Part shown: positions 27,547-37,039 of the stretch, in pieces | Numbering within the stretch: position 1 is the stretch's first letter | How the letters are laid out: each line of letters begins with the position of its first letter | Assembly: GCA_018303855.1 (NCBI GenBank) | Contig: JAGVXI010000006.1 | Span: 105,181 to 169,180 of the forward strand | Direction: 5' to 3' | From: Candidatus Pacearchaeota archaeon | Lineage (GTDB): Archaea > Nanobdellota > Nanobdellia > Pacearchaeales > GW2011-AR1 | DNA: 64,000 nt | Translations under genes and position numbers: made by a program | The notes under the pieces: model-generated | Databases searched by the model: none | The model's input: the letters and a program-made list of their open reading frames with translations, nothing else | What the model was told of the DNA's origin: nothing

Positions 27547-30213
27547 TTATAAAGAAGATAAATAAACCTTTCCATAGGGCTCATCGCCTTCAGGATAAAC
27601 CATACCTTCATACTCTAATCTTGGTCCGTTTGTCAATGGGAAAACAATAGTGCTTTCTTCTGTAACAAATAATTCATTGCTATTTCTCCAAGTAATAGAA
27701 ATTGACATAATTTCTTCACCATTTCTTCCAATATTAGCCCATAAATCTTCAGATAATTCATGATTAAAAACTACAGCACCATCATCATGTAAAGAGATTT
27801 CATTGCCTTGCAAATCAATAAGTGAAATGCTATCAGAAGAAAAGCTCCCGCCCTTATATTCAGTTGCAAATAAATAAATACTAGAACCGCCAACTAAATC
27901 ACGCCTATTAGGTGAATTTTTAAACTTTAATGAATACTCCATAACAATTTCATTTTTAGGTATACGTATCCCTATTGTTTGTTCTCCATCTTTATAATCC
28001 ATATCACTAAATTCAGAAAAAAGCAAGTTAGGCCCCACGGCTATATTTTGAGTATACCCGAACTTATTTCCCTCATCATCTATAAGAAATGTTTCTCTCA
28101 AAAAATTAGGCATTTCAGTGTCATCAAGAGGGGTTGATTTAATATCTGTTAACCTTCTACCTAAAGTTAATTTAGTAGATGCTTGCTCAAACAAATATCT
28201 ATCTCCTTCTAATGTTGGAGCAGGAGGCTCTAAACCTTCTCCAGCAACACACTGCTCATAATCATAAACTCCAAAAGTTACCACATTAAGAATTCTGCAA
28301 CCCAGTTTTTTGAAGAACTGTGATTGTTCCTTTATATCTCCCCCAGTATCTCTACATACTCCATTTGTACATTGATTACTCCCACACTCATAATTATTTT
28401 CACAAGAACTACCTTCTATTTTCTGTTTTTCTATATCATTATCTATTTCACAATACTGCCCTTCTATTCTAAATCCAAATGGAATACATCTATCCCCAAG
28501 TTTACAAGTATTATCTGCACATGCTACTACGCCACCTATACATCTTCCGGTATTAGCATCACATCCATTGGGACAACTTCCACAACCTTCACTTCCAATC
28601 TTCATGCAAGTTCCTGTAAGAATATCACAAGTATATTCTATTTTTGGGACACATGAATTTCCATTTGCATCACAATACATCTGTTCAGTTGTTCCTGGAC
28701 AATCTGCATCAGTTGTACATTGAGAGGAAGGAATAACAAAATCAGAAGAATATTTCTCAAGATATGCATCAAAAAGCTTTTCCAAATCTGTTTCAGATAC
28801 AGCCCCCACATCAACATCTTCTAGAAGCAATGCGATTAACTTATCCCCTGCATACCATGCAATAATATAATCTATGAAACCAGTAAAACCGGCATTGTCT
28901 CTTTCAAGAACAGCATAATTATTGCCATTCCTCTCTTCATAATTTGGAGCATTAAAACCTTCTGTTTTAGCTAATGCTTCCATGCTTGAGATAAATGTTT
29001 CTGAACCTATCTTATAACCATGCACTTCCACACCAACATTAGACTCCCAGATACCACCAGGAATATAATTATAATCCGCGACATAAATATTGCAGTTTAA
29101 ATCATAAATTAATCCACAATCATCATCTGTAAATGTTTGCATGTACTTGAAATTTCCAATGTCTTGTTCAATTACATAACTAATGGGGGTTTCAACAACA
29201 CAAGCTCCATCTTGACAGCCATTTGGGCATATATAATTTATCTGTTCAGCAATATTTGTTTCAGTACAATAATATTCTGCTAATCTATTTGTTCCATCAT
29301 TAAAACAATTATCAGTCTTTGATGTACTGGAATCTGTTGTTGTACCTTGAATATAATAATCTAACCCCCCATCACTATCTGTGCATGTAGTAGGTGATAC
29401 CATACATGCTCCATCAACGACACTATAACCATTTGGACATTGATAATCATCCATTTGACATCTCAACCCATTGCCTCTATCCACACAACTTACTTCCCTC
29501 AACCAACCATTATTATCACCATCGCTAATTATAATCCCATCAGCCATATTTCCGCCAAAAGAATCAGTACAAGTACCTCGAACAAAAATATCAAACCCCC
29601 CATCACTATCTGTGCAAGATGTGGGTGTTGGAACCAACAACTCCAAGCTTAATTCATCCCAGCCAAACTGATGTGTTCTTCCGTAGGAATCCATATAAAT
29701 TGTTGGCTGATCTCCTTGGGTAAAAGAAACTTCATCTGTGCAATAATTCTGCCAATTATAATTTTGCCAACCAGGACTTGGTGTTGTTTTACAAGTGCTT
29801 CCAAGACATAAATTACCTTGTGAAGCCCCTGCTAAATTTGCCCCATTGGCGCAAAGCTTGTATTTTCCTGTTTCAGGGATAATTATAACTTTCTTCGCGA
29901 TTGGTCTAAGACAACCTGGACATCCTGACTCAGAAGAATACACAAAGGCAAGAAATTTACCTCCAAAAATTGATGATAGGATATTGCCATAACTTGATAC
30001 AGCCCTTACATCTCCTTCTGTTTGCCATCCTTCTTTTGAATCTAATTTATCATAATAAGGAATAGAGATAGTCTCAACATCTTCTCCTGGTCCAAATTGT
30101 GTTTTACTAAAAAATTGCCTAAAAAAATCTCCAAAAGAAAAAGCAGACACAATTGAAAGTGATAAAATAAGAACTAATACAAGAAAAAAATAAACTTCAA
30201 ATCCTCTTTTCAT
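27547..30213 (-). CDS. Large secreted Cys-rich surface protein (888 aa)
   Basis: N-terminal signal/anchor FFLVLVLILSLSIVSAFS. Repeated modules CTDSDGG(F/L)D...G(T)CTDS and CPNGC..G.C. C-terminal region of about 250 aa without Cys. Confidence 0.8.
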   Translation of the reverse strand: MKRGFEVYFFLVLVLILSLSIVSAFSFGDFFRQFFSKTQFGPGEDVETISIPYYDKLDSKEGWQTEGDVRAVSSYGNILSSIFGGKFLAFVYSSESGCPGCLRPIAKKVIIIPETGKYKLCANGANLAGASQGNLCLGSTCKTTPSPGWQNYNWQNYCTDEVSFTQGDQPTIYMDSYGRTHQFGWDELSLELLVPTPTSCTDSDGGFDIFVRGTCTDSFGGNMADGIIISDGDNNGWLREVSCVDRGNGLRCQMDDYQCPNGYSVVDGACMVSPTTCTDSDGGLDYYIQGTTTDSSTSKTDNCFNDGTNRLAEYYCTETNIAEQINYICPNGCQDGACVVETPISYVIEQDIGNFKYMQTFTDDDCGLIYDLNCNIYVADYNYIPGGIWESNVGVEVHGYKIGSETFISSMEALAKTEGFNAPNYEERNGNNYAVLERDNAGFTGFIDYIIAWYAGDKLIALLLEDVDVGAVSETDLEKLFDAYLEKYSSDFVIPSSQCTTDADCPGTTEQMYCDANGNSCVPKIEYTCDILTGTCMKIGSEGCGSCPNGCDANTGRCIGGVVACADNTCKLGDRCIPFGFRIEGQYCEIDNDIEKQKIEGSSCENNYECGSNQCTNGVCRDTGGDIKEQSQFFKKLGCRILNVVTFGVYDYEQCVAGEGLEPPAPTLEGDRYLFEQASTKLTLGRRLTDIKSTPLDDTEMPNFLRETFLIDDEGNKFGYTQNIAVGPNLLFSEFSDMDYKDGEQTIGIRIPKNEIVMEYSLKFKNSPNRRDLVGGSSIYLFATEYKGGSFSSDSISLIDLQGNEISLHDDGAVVFNHELSEDLWANIGRNGEEIMSISITWRNSNELFVTEESTIVFPLTNGPRLEYEGMVYPEGDEPYGKVYLSSL

Positions 30214-30228
30214 TGTAAATTATTAAAG

Positions 30229-30239
30229 CCCCCCCCCCC
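30229..30239. repeat. C11 homopolymer (G11 on the coding strand), 15 nt upstream of the surface-protein ATG
   Basis: Minus strand reads AAATGTTTTTAA-GGGGGGGGGGG-CTTTAATAATTTACA-ATG. Confidence 0.95.
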
Positions 30240-30411
30240 TTAAAAACATTTGTTTTTTTTTGAAAAAAGCAACAAACGAAAAAAAATCCAGAAAAAACCA
30301 AAAAATCATGGTTAACAATTGTTAAATAAACTCAGGGTATAAATTAATAAGAACAAACTTATTTTGGTATATTGGGAGTTTATTAATTATTAATACATTC
30401 AATTTGTTTAA

Positions 30412-31614
30412 TTAATCTTCAGGCACCAAAGCCAAAAAGCTGTAGTCTTTTAATTTAGCCAGCTTTTTAACTTCTTCTAATTTAACACTTCTAACATTTT
30501 TCTCAAATTTATAAAATTCCTCTGCATTGCCATTCATTTCTTCAACTAATAAATTAACCATCTGGGCTTGGGAATCTTCCATGCCAATGTGATAGTTTCC
30601 AATCAATTGCTCTTTCACTTCTTCAAGTTCTTTTTGACTTAAATCTTTTGAAACTTTTTCAAATTCTTCAAGAATTAACTGCTTGACTTTCTTCACATTT
30701 TCTTTCATTGTTCCAACATAAACCAAACTATAAGCAAAATATTTATTGCTCTCTGATGCGCTTTTTACAGCGTATGCTAAATTTCTTTTTTCCCTGATTT
30801 CGCTAAAAAGGCGAGAAGACATACCACCTGCTATTAAGGTAATTAAAACTTCAGCAGCATAGTTTAATTTTTCTTTAGATAAAGGAGAATGATAAGCAAA
30901 AACTAAATTAGCCTGGTCAATGCCTTTTCTTTTCTCTACTTTCATATGGTTTTTTTGCTTAATCTCAAAATTTGGCACTTTTCCTTTTTCTTTACCAAAG
31001 TTTTTTTCAGCAAATTTTACAAGTTTGCCAAATTCTGCATTTCCAACAACACACAACACCAAATTGTTAGGAGTATAAACCTGTTTAAACCTCTCAACCA
31101 TCTTTTCCCTGTTAATGCCAGACATTGTGTCATAAGTTCCAATCAAGCTTGGGCCAAATGGCTTATCATAAAGGTAATTTTTTATTTCATCTAAGACATA
31201 CATTCTTGGCTGGTCTTTTCTCATTTTAATTTCCTCAAAAATAACTTTTCTTTCTTTTTCAAGCTCTTTAATATCAAACAACGGGTTTTTAACCATGTCA
31301 CTCAGGACATCCAAAGCAATCTGCAAATGTTTAGAAGGCATTTTACACCAATAAGCTGTTATTATTTCGTCTGTAAACCCATTTAATTCTCCACCATTTC
31401 TTTCAATTTCTTGCGCAATTTTTTGTGCATTACGATTAGGAGTGCCCTTATATAGCATATGCTCAATAAAATGGCTTATTCCTTTTTCATTTTCACTTTC
31501 ATTAACTCCGCCATTTCTTACTGCAAATGCCACAGAAACAATAGGCAAATCCCTTTTTTCAAAAACAATAGTCATGCCATTTTTCAAAACTTTGCGATAA
31601 AATGTAGGCTTCAT
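30412..31614 (-). CDS. M16-family (pitrilysin-like) zinc peptidase
   Basis: Inverted zinc motif HFIEHMLYKGT with downstream E (NGGELNGFT) and a typical M16 two-lobe length of 400 aa. Confidence 0.85.
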   Translation of the reverse strand: MKPTFYRKVLKNGMTIVFEKRDLPIVSVAFAVRNGGVNESENEKGISHFIEHMLYKGTPNRNAQKIAQEIERNGGELNGFTDEIITAYWCKMPSKHLQIALDVLSDMVKNPLFDIKELEKERKVIFEEIKMRKDQPRMYVLDEIKNYLYDKPFGPSLIGTYDTMSGINREKMVERFKQVYTPNNLVLCVVGNAEFGKLVKFAEKNFGKEKGKVPNFEIKQKNHMKVEKRKGIDQANLVFAYHSPLSKEKLNYAAEVLITLIAGGMSSRLFSEIREKRNLAYAVKSASESNKYFAYSLVYVGTMKENVKKVKQLILEEFEKVSKDLSQKELEEVKEQLIGNYHIGMEDSQAQMVNLLVEEMNGNAEEFYKFEKNVRSVKLEEVKKLAKLKDYSFLALVPED

Positions 31615-31878
31615 TTTTTAAAAAATGAAAAAGAGTATAAAAAGATTTGCTATAAGTTTAGTATCACCAATTAAGTAACACTATGTGGTTTAAAAGTTGA
31701 TAAGTATATCAGTAAATTGCATAACACCTTTTAGCATTAACAAATATTGTTCTTTAATTTATACAATTGTTATATAATTACGATAAAGCCGGTATGAGAA
31801 TAAATTAACTAGGGTGGATTAATAGAAGAACATCAAACTTGTTGATAGTTACTTATAGCTGGTAATTAACATAATTTT

Positions 31879-32406
31879 TTACATTCCATTATGGCTTTTA
31901 TGCTTAGAAATTTTCTTAATTAAAAATTCCCTAATTTTTTCAGCACCTTCCATTGATACAGCAGGTAGATACCCTTCAGAACCTACTGATAACCCTCTTC
32001 CAGAATAAACTGCTGAATAACCAGCTGTCTGAATTTGTATAGATGAAAAACCTAAAAGTCTTGCTAAAATTCCCCTGTGAATATCTACATTTTGCACTCT
32101 TTCATATGGGATGCTTTTATAAGCTTTCCAAATTATTCCTTTCTCAATTTTTAATTCATTATGCGTAAATTCATATTTCCAAAACCTATAAGAAAGCCTC
32201 GCATAAATCTCCCCGATAACTAAGTATAGAAATAGAAATATAAAAATAAAAACTACTATAAAAAATTGTGCGGCACTAATACCGGCCCGCGTAAATGAAA
32301 TATAACTTGAGATGAATATCACTCCTAAGAAAAAAGTTAGGATTAACGCTTTAAGGTAAAATCCTATCCTAAAAACCCACCTTGCCCCAGGATGCAGTTG
32401 TTCCAT
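31879..32406 (-). CDS. Membrane protein with bacterial PH (bPH_2/YdbS-like) domain
   Basis: Two N-terminal TM helices followed by IPYERVQNVDIHRGILARLLGFSSIQIQTAG. Confidence 0.65.
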   Translation of the reverse strand: MEQLHPGARWVFRIGFYLKALILTFFLGVIFISSYISFTRAGISAAQFFIVVFIFIFLFLYLVIGEIYARLSYRFWKYEFTHNELKIEKGIIWKAYKSIPYERVQNVDIHRGILARLLGFSSIQIQTAGYSAVYSGRGLSVGSEGYLPAVSMEGAEKIREFLIKKISKHKSHNGM

Positions 32407-32446
32407 GTCTAATTAATACAAGATTATTTTATAAACCTTCACTTCT

Positions 32447-33217
32447 TTAACCCTTCCCAAACACCAAATATCTCTCTCCTCCAAGTTCAAAATCATCAAT
32501 TATCATGAATCTTTCTTTAATAAAATTAACAAGCCAATTTCGTTGAGCATGAAAACTTCTGCGTTTTTCAAAACTTTTTGTGGCAAAACTCACAACAATT
32601 TTGTCATTAATACTCACAACACTAATAATCTCATTAATTAGTTCTTTGGAATAATTTCTTTGCAAGATTTCAAGCCCATCAATCACCTTAAATAATAAAG
32701 CAATCCTTGGTTCTGGCTGTTTTTTAACAAGCCTTTTAACTCTATCAAGCTCAAATAGACTAAAATGATGTACTTTTCCCTTAATCTTTTCTTCTTTAAA
32801 ATAATCATTTGTTAAATCTACGAACTGTCCAACACCTTCTACCCCGATATAATTAATTCCATTAGGCATTAAGGCATAAGTGAAACCATTAACACCTGCG
32901 CCTAAATCTACAATTGATTTAAAATGAATATTATTAAAAACACGCTTATAAATTTCAGAATAATAAGGTAATCTTTCTCGAGTTGACCTGTGCCTTTTCA
33001 AAACCTCTTCAACACTTAACTTTCTCCGCGTCATCAATCTTTGTCCTGAAAAAGCTGAATAAATTTTCCCTAATAATTCACGTGTCTTTTTTACTTTTTC
33101 CTCATCAGTATAATTGTTATTGTTGTTTTTTTTAAAAGCCAGTTTAACATCTATTAATGGCAATCTAGAATATATTTTCTTTTCTATAATCTTTTTGATT
33201 AATTTATGCTTGTCCAT
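32447..33217 (-). CDS. SAM-dependent methyltransferase, Rmt/ArmA (FmrO)-like 16S rRNA m7G methyltransferase architecture
   Basis: VLKRHRSTRERLPYY...IVDLGAGVNGFTY. The H.ST.ERL motif followed about 25 aa later by the SAM motif I is the arrangement I recall for the FmrO family. The class I methyltransferase assignment is solid. The subfamily assignment is tentative. Confidence 0.6.
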   Translation of the reverse strand: MDKHKLIKKIIEKKIYSRLPLIDVKLAFKKNNNNNYTDEEKVKKTRELLGKIYSAFSGQRLMTRRKLSVEEVLKRHRSTRERLPYYSEIYKRVFNNIHFKSIVDLGAGVNGFTYALMPNGINYIGVEGVGQFVDLTNDYFKEEKIKGKVHHFSLFELDRVKRLVKKQPEPRIALLFKVIDGLEILQRNYSKELINEIISVVSINDKIVVSFATKSFEKRRSFHAQRNWLVNFIKERFMIIDDFELGGERYLVFGKG

Positions 33218-33225
33218 TTTTTAAG

Positions 33226-33573
33226 CTAAAGCTCAATTTTCTTATCAAATGATTTACTATTTAAAAGTCCTTCAAAAATTCTTAATTGATAAAGCCATTG
33301 CTGTCTCCATTTGCCACCTTTAATTTCTCTATACTCTAATGAGTAAATTGCGTTTTCTCCTTCAAACTTTTTTGCAATTCTTCCAGGAAACCACACTTCA
33401 TCCTCACTAAAATCAGATTTTATCAGTAAATAAGTCCCTTTAATTTCCCGAATGCTCAATGAAGGAAATTGTATCTTAAATAGGAAATTGCCTGGTCTTA
33501 CCTTTAAAACCAAACCGTTTAGCCCTCTCTTTTTAACAATTACTCCTTCTCCTCTTTTATCTTCAATATCCAT
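33226..33573 (-). CDS. Hypothetical 115-aa protein
   Basis: ORF in operon-like array with the methyltransferase. No motif recognised. Confidence 0.45.
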   Translation of the reverse strand: MDIEDKRGEGVIVKKRGLNGLVLKVRPGNFLFKIQFPSLSIREIKGTYLLIKSDFSEDEVWFPGRIAKKFEGENAIYSLEYREIKGGKWRQQWLYQLRIFEGLLNSKSFDKKIEL

Positions 33574-33623
33574 AATTTTTTAAGTCAAACAGGTTTTAAA
33601 AAGATATATTTAAAGTATAAAAA

Positions 33624-34541
33624 ATGGCATCTACAAATCAATCTCCGCAATACCAAAAAGCAGAAGCAAAATTTTTGGCAGCAAAAACAGATGAAGAAAG
33701 ACTAATCTACTTAGAAGAAATGATTAGAGAATGCCCAAAGCATAAATCAGCTGAGGCAATGTTATCTAATCTAAGAAGTAGAAGAAAAAAACTTCTTGAA
33801 AAAATAGAAAAATCAAAGCAACGAAAATCGAAAAAATCAAGCAAACTCGGAATAAAAAAAGAAGAAATGCAGGCAGTTATTATAGGGCCTACAAACACTG
33901 GAAAATCTTCTCTCTTAAATGTACTAACAAACGCTAATTCAGAAATAGCCTCTTACAACTTTACAACCAAACATCCAATAATCGGTATGTTAAATTATAA
34001 TGGAATAAAAGTGCAACTTGTTGATATTCCAGCAATAGAATCCGAATATTTTGATAAAAGCACAGCTTATACAACTGACACAATATTAATTTTAATAGAC
34101 TCATTAGAACAGCTTCTTAATGTTTCAGAGAAAACCTTTATATATCCTGCTAAAAAGATAATTGTTTTAAATAAGATAGATTTGCTAAGTGAAAAAGAAA
34201 AAAGAAAGATATCTGCATTTTTGCAAAGTAAAAAATTAAATTTTACATTGATATCTTGCAAAACCAAAGAAGGAATTGAAGAGTTAAAAGAGAAAATTTT
34301 CAGGAGTTTTAACAAAATCCGCATATTTACAAAAGAACCTGGAAAGGAAAAATCAGAAAGACCATTTATACTTGAACCAAATTCAACGGTTAAAGATATT
34401 GCAGAAAAGATCTTTCATGGTTTTTCATTAAAAATCAAAGAAACAAAAATCTGGGGCCCATCATCAAAATTCCCTAAACAAAAAGTAGGCTTAAGCCACA
34501 TTTTAAAAGATTTAGATGTTGTGGAATTTAAGACAAAGTAA
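33624..34541 (+). CDS. DRG/Obg-class GTPase with C-terminal TGS domain
   Basis: G1 GPTNTGKSS, G4 LNKID. N-terminal helical region with a KSKQRKSKKSSK linker. C-terminal TGS-like segment (VKDIAEKIF...VGLSHILKDLDVVEF). Confidence 0.8.
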   Translation: MASTNQSPQYQKAEAKFLAAKTDEERLIYLEEMIRECPKHKSAEAMLSNLRSRRKKLLEKIEKSKQRKSKKSSKLGIKKEEMQAVIIGPTNTGKSSLLNVLTNANSEIASYNFTTKHPIIGMLNYNGIKVQLVDIPAIESEYFDKSTAYTTDTILILIDSLEQLLNVSEKTFIYPAKKIIVLNKIDLLSEKEKRKISAFLQSKKLNFTLISCKTKEGIEELKEKIFRSFNKIRIFTKEPGKEKSERPFILEPNSTVKDIAEKIFHGFSLKIKETKIWGPSSKFPKQKVGLSHILKDLDVVEFKTK

Positions 34542-34569
34542 GTGAATTTCGGTCGGAGCGTAATAATAT

Positions 34570-35625
34570 TTACTCTTTAGAATAAGCCTCTTTTGCAAAC
34601 TTTTCCAAAACAGCTCTTTTTTTCTGGATTGAGTTTAAAAGAACAGAAATTTCTTTTGCAACTGCATTTTTCAGGTCTAATGGGTGCAACTTTTTACTAA
34701 CGAAATCTTTTTCTACCTCTTCATAACTCTTATAAGACAAATTTCCACCATACTTTTTATCTCTTTCAACAATAAAACTTTCTTTTTTATCTTCTTTTAT
34801 TACCATCAAAACATATTTTAAAAAAGCCATAATGCCATTATCTGGATTTCCAGCAATACAATCTGCATTATTAATTTTTTTCTTAATAGTCTCATAATCA
34901 TCAAGCAAGTCAATTTTAGAGCCTTCAATACTTGCTGACATTTTTCCTTCACTACCCTGTAATCCAGGAATCAAAGGAGTCATAATCTCAATTCTTGGTT
35001 TATAGCCTATTTTTGGCAATATCTCCCTTGCCAAAACCATGATTCTTCTTTGATCAACTCCAGCATATTGAATGTCAACATCAAGATACTGCTCATCCAT
35101 GATTTGCATTAAGGGGTAAATAAAACCTGCAAGCTTTGCGCTATCTCCCTGAATATTTTTCACAACTTCAGACGCTGATTTTCGGGCATCATGCAATGAA
35201 ACAAGAGTTGAAAGTTGCAAAACATCATACATATATTCTGGCTTAAGCTGAAATTCACTGCCTTTGATAAATTCAAGATTTTTTGTATCAACTCCCACAG
35301 CTTCAAACATCAAAGGAAGAACTTTTTTATAATAATCATATCTTTTTTCCAGAACAATCCATGGCGTATTGTCCAAAGCTCCGTGCAAATCAGCTAAAAG
35401 AACCTTAGCTTTAAAACCAGCTTTAATAAAATCAGCAAATTTTAAAACCCAAACAAAATACCCCACATGAGGCTTTCCAGTTATCGCCGTTCCTAAATAA
35501 ACAACCGGCTTTTTCTTTTCTTTCAATAATTTTTTTAATTCTTCTTCTGTTATAACTTCTTCGGTATTTCTTTTAATTAGTTCAAATCTCTCATCAACAC
35601 TTAATGTCTTAATCATGAAAAACAA
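34570..35625 (-). CDS. tyrS: Tyrosyl-tRNA synthetase, archaeal type
   Basis: Colinear with the M. jannaschii TyrRS as I recall it: ERFELIKRNTEEVITEEEL, GKPHVGY (HIGH), GSEFQL, IYPLMQ, GVDQRRI, KMSAS (KMSKS), LHPLDLKNAVA. Confidence 0.92.
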   Translation of the reverse strand: MFFMIKTLSVDERFELIKRNTEEVITEEELKKLLKEKKKPVVYLGTAITGKPHVGYFVWVLKFADFIKAGFKAKVLLADLHGALDNTPWIVLEKRYDYYKKVLPLMFEAVGVDTKNLEFIKGSEFQLKPEYMYDVLQLSTLVSLHDARKSASEVVKNIQGDSAKLAGFIYPLMQIMDEQYLDVDIQYAGVDQRRIMVLAREILPKIGYKPRIEIMTPLIPGLQGSEGKMSASIEGSKIDLLDDYETIKKKINNADCIAGNPDNGIMAFLKYVLMVIKEDKKESFIVERDKKYGGNLSYKSYEEVEKDFVSKKLHPLDLKNAVAKEISVLLNSIQKKRAVLEKFAKEAYSKE

Positions 35626-35649
35626 AGAGATTATTAATTATTAAAGCTT

Positions 35650-36861
35650 TTGTATGACATGCTAATAGAAATTATTTCAGCCTTACTTATTGGCATTCTC
35701 GCGGGCACGTTCACAGGCTTAGCTCCAGGCATTCATATAAACCTTATTGGCGCTTCTGTTGTTTCACTTTCAGCATCATCTTTATTTTTTTCTTCAATAA
35801 ACCCTGTTTTTCTAGTTGTTTTCATTGTTGCTATGTCAATAACCCACACTTTTATTGATTTTATCCCAAGTGTTTTTCTTGGCTGTCCTGATACAGATAC
35901 AGAATTAAGTGTTTTGCCTGGACATGAATTATTAAAAAAAGGGCAAGGCTATGAGGCAGTTATGCTAAGTGCATATGGCGGCATAATTGCAATAATTCTC
36001 TTAATAATCTTGGCAATTCCCCTCTCGCTATTTTTTTCAAATTTTTATTTTAAAATAAAATTTGCAATCCCTTATATTTTGATAATAACTTCATTACTAC
36101 TCATTTTTATAGAGCAGAAAAAATTTTCAGCATTACTTGGGTTTACTCTTAGTGGAATGCTTGGGATTCTTGTACTTAACTCAGGTTTCAACTTAAAAGA
36201 GCCCCTTTTACCATTATTAACAGGGCTTTTTGGTTCTTCCTCATTAATATTGAGCATAAATCAAAAAACCCAAATTCCAAAGCAGGTTATTAAAAACCCA
36301 AAAAATAAAAATTTTTTTAAACCAATTTTAGGGGCAGTAATTGCCTCTCCCTTATGCGGTTTTTTTCCTGGTTTAGGAAGCGGACAAGCAGCAATTCTCG
36401 GGAACCTTGTTACAAAAACAGACAATAAAGGTTTTATAACCCTATTAGGCGCAACAAACACTCTTATTATGGGCTTTTCTTTTCTCTCGCTTTATGCAAT
36501 TGAACGCACAAGAACAGGCTCAGCTGTTGCAATTCAAGAATTAATTGGTTTTTTAGACACCAAAACACTAATTTTAATTTTAGGAATTTCACTTATATCT
36601 GGCATTATTGCTTTTTTGCTTACCTCTTTAATTTCAAAGAAATTTATACCAATAGTTGAGAAAATAAACTACGCCAAACTTTCAGTTATAACCCTAATAT
36701 TTTTATCATTTGTTGTTCTCTTGTTTTCTAATTTTCTTGGTTTTATTGTATTCATTGTCTCCACTTTTACAGGAATTTATTGCATCTCACTTGGTGTGCG
36801 AAGAACAAATATGATGGGGTGCCTTTTATTACCGACAATTGTGTTTTATTTGACAATTTGA
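35650..36861 (+). CDS. Polytopic membrane protein, DUF112/TctA-like
   Basis: About 10-12 TM segments. Repeated G..PG.G motifs (FTGLAPGIH, FFPGLGSGQAAIL). TTG start in the track, with an alternative ATG at 35659. Confidence 0.5.
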   Translation: MYDMLIEIISALLIGILAGTFTGLAPGIHINLIGASVVSLSASSLFFSSINPVFLVVFIVAMSITHTFIDFIPSVFLGCPDTDTELSVLPGHELLKKGQGYEAVMLSAYGGIIAIILLIILAIPLSLFFSNFYFKIKFAIPYILIITSLLLIFIEQKKFSALLGFTLSGMLGILVLNSGFNLKEPLLPLLTGLFGSSSLILSINQKTQIPKQVIKNPKNKNFFKPILGAVIASPLCGFFPGLGSGQAAILGNLVTKTDNKGFITLLGATNTLIMGFSFLSLYAIERTRTGSAVAIQELIGFLDTKTLILILGISLISGIIAFLLTSLISKKFIPIVEKINYAKLSVITLIFLSFVVLLFSNFLGFIVFIVSTFTGIYCISLGVRRTNMMGCLLLPTIVFYLTI

Positions 36862-37039
36862 TAAAAGTTAGTTTTAAAAGTTTACAATTTAGAGGATAGC
36901 CTAAAAATTAAATTTCTTAATTGATAATAAAATAAGCACACCTAATTATTATCTTTAAATCAATATTATTAAATTTATATTCCCTTAAAATTGAAAGATA
37001 TTTATTCAAACTTACTCAAAGTGGTTTTTTTATCGAAGT

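Noticed and set aside
28324-29992. Four plus-strand ORFs (65-110 aa) inside the surface-protein gene
   Set aside because: They are antisense to the 888-aa ORF, and their Thr/Ile/Ser-rich translations reflect the complement of a Gly/Asp/Cys-rich coding strand.
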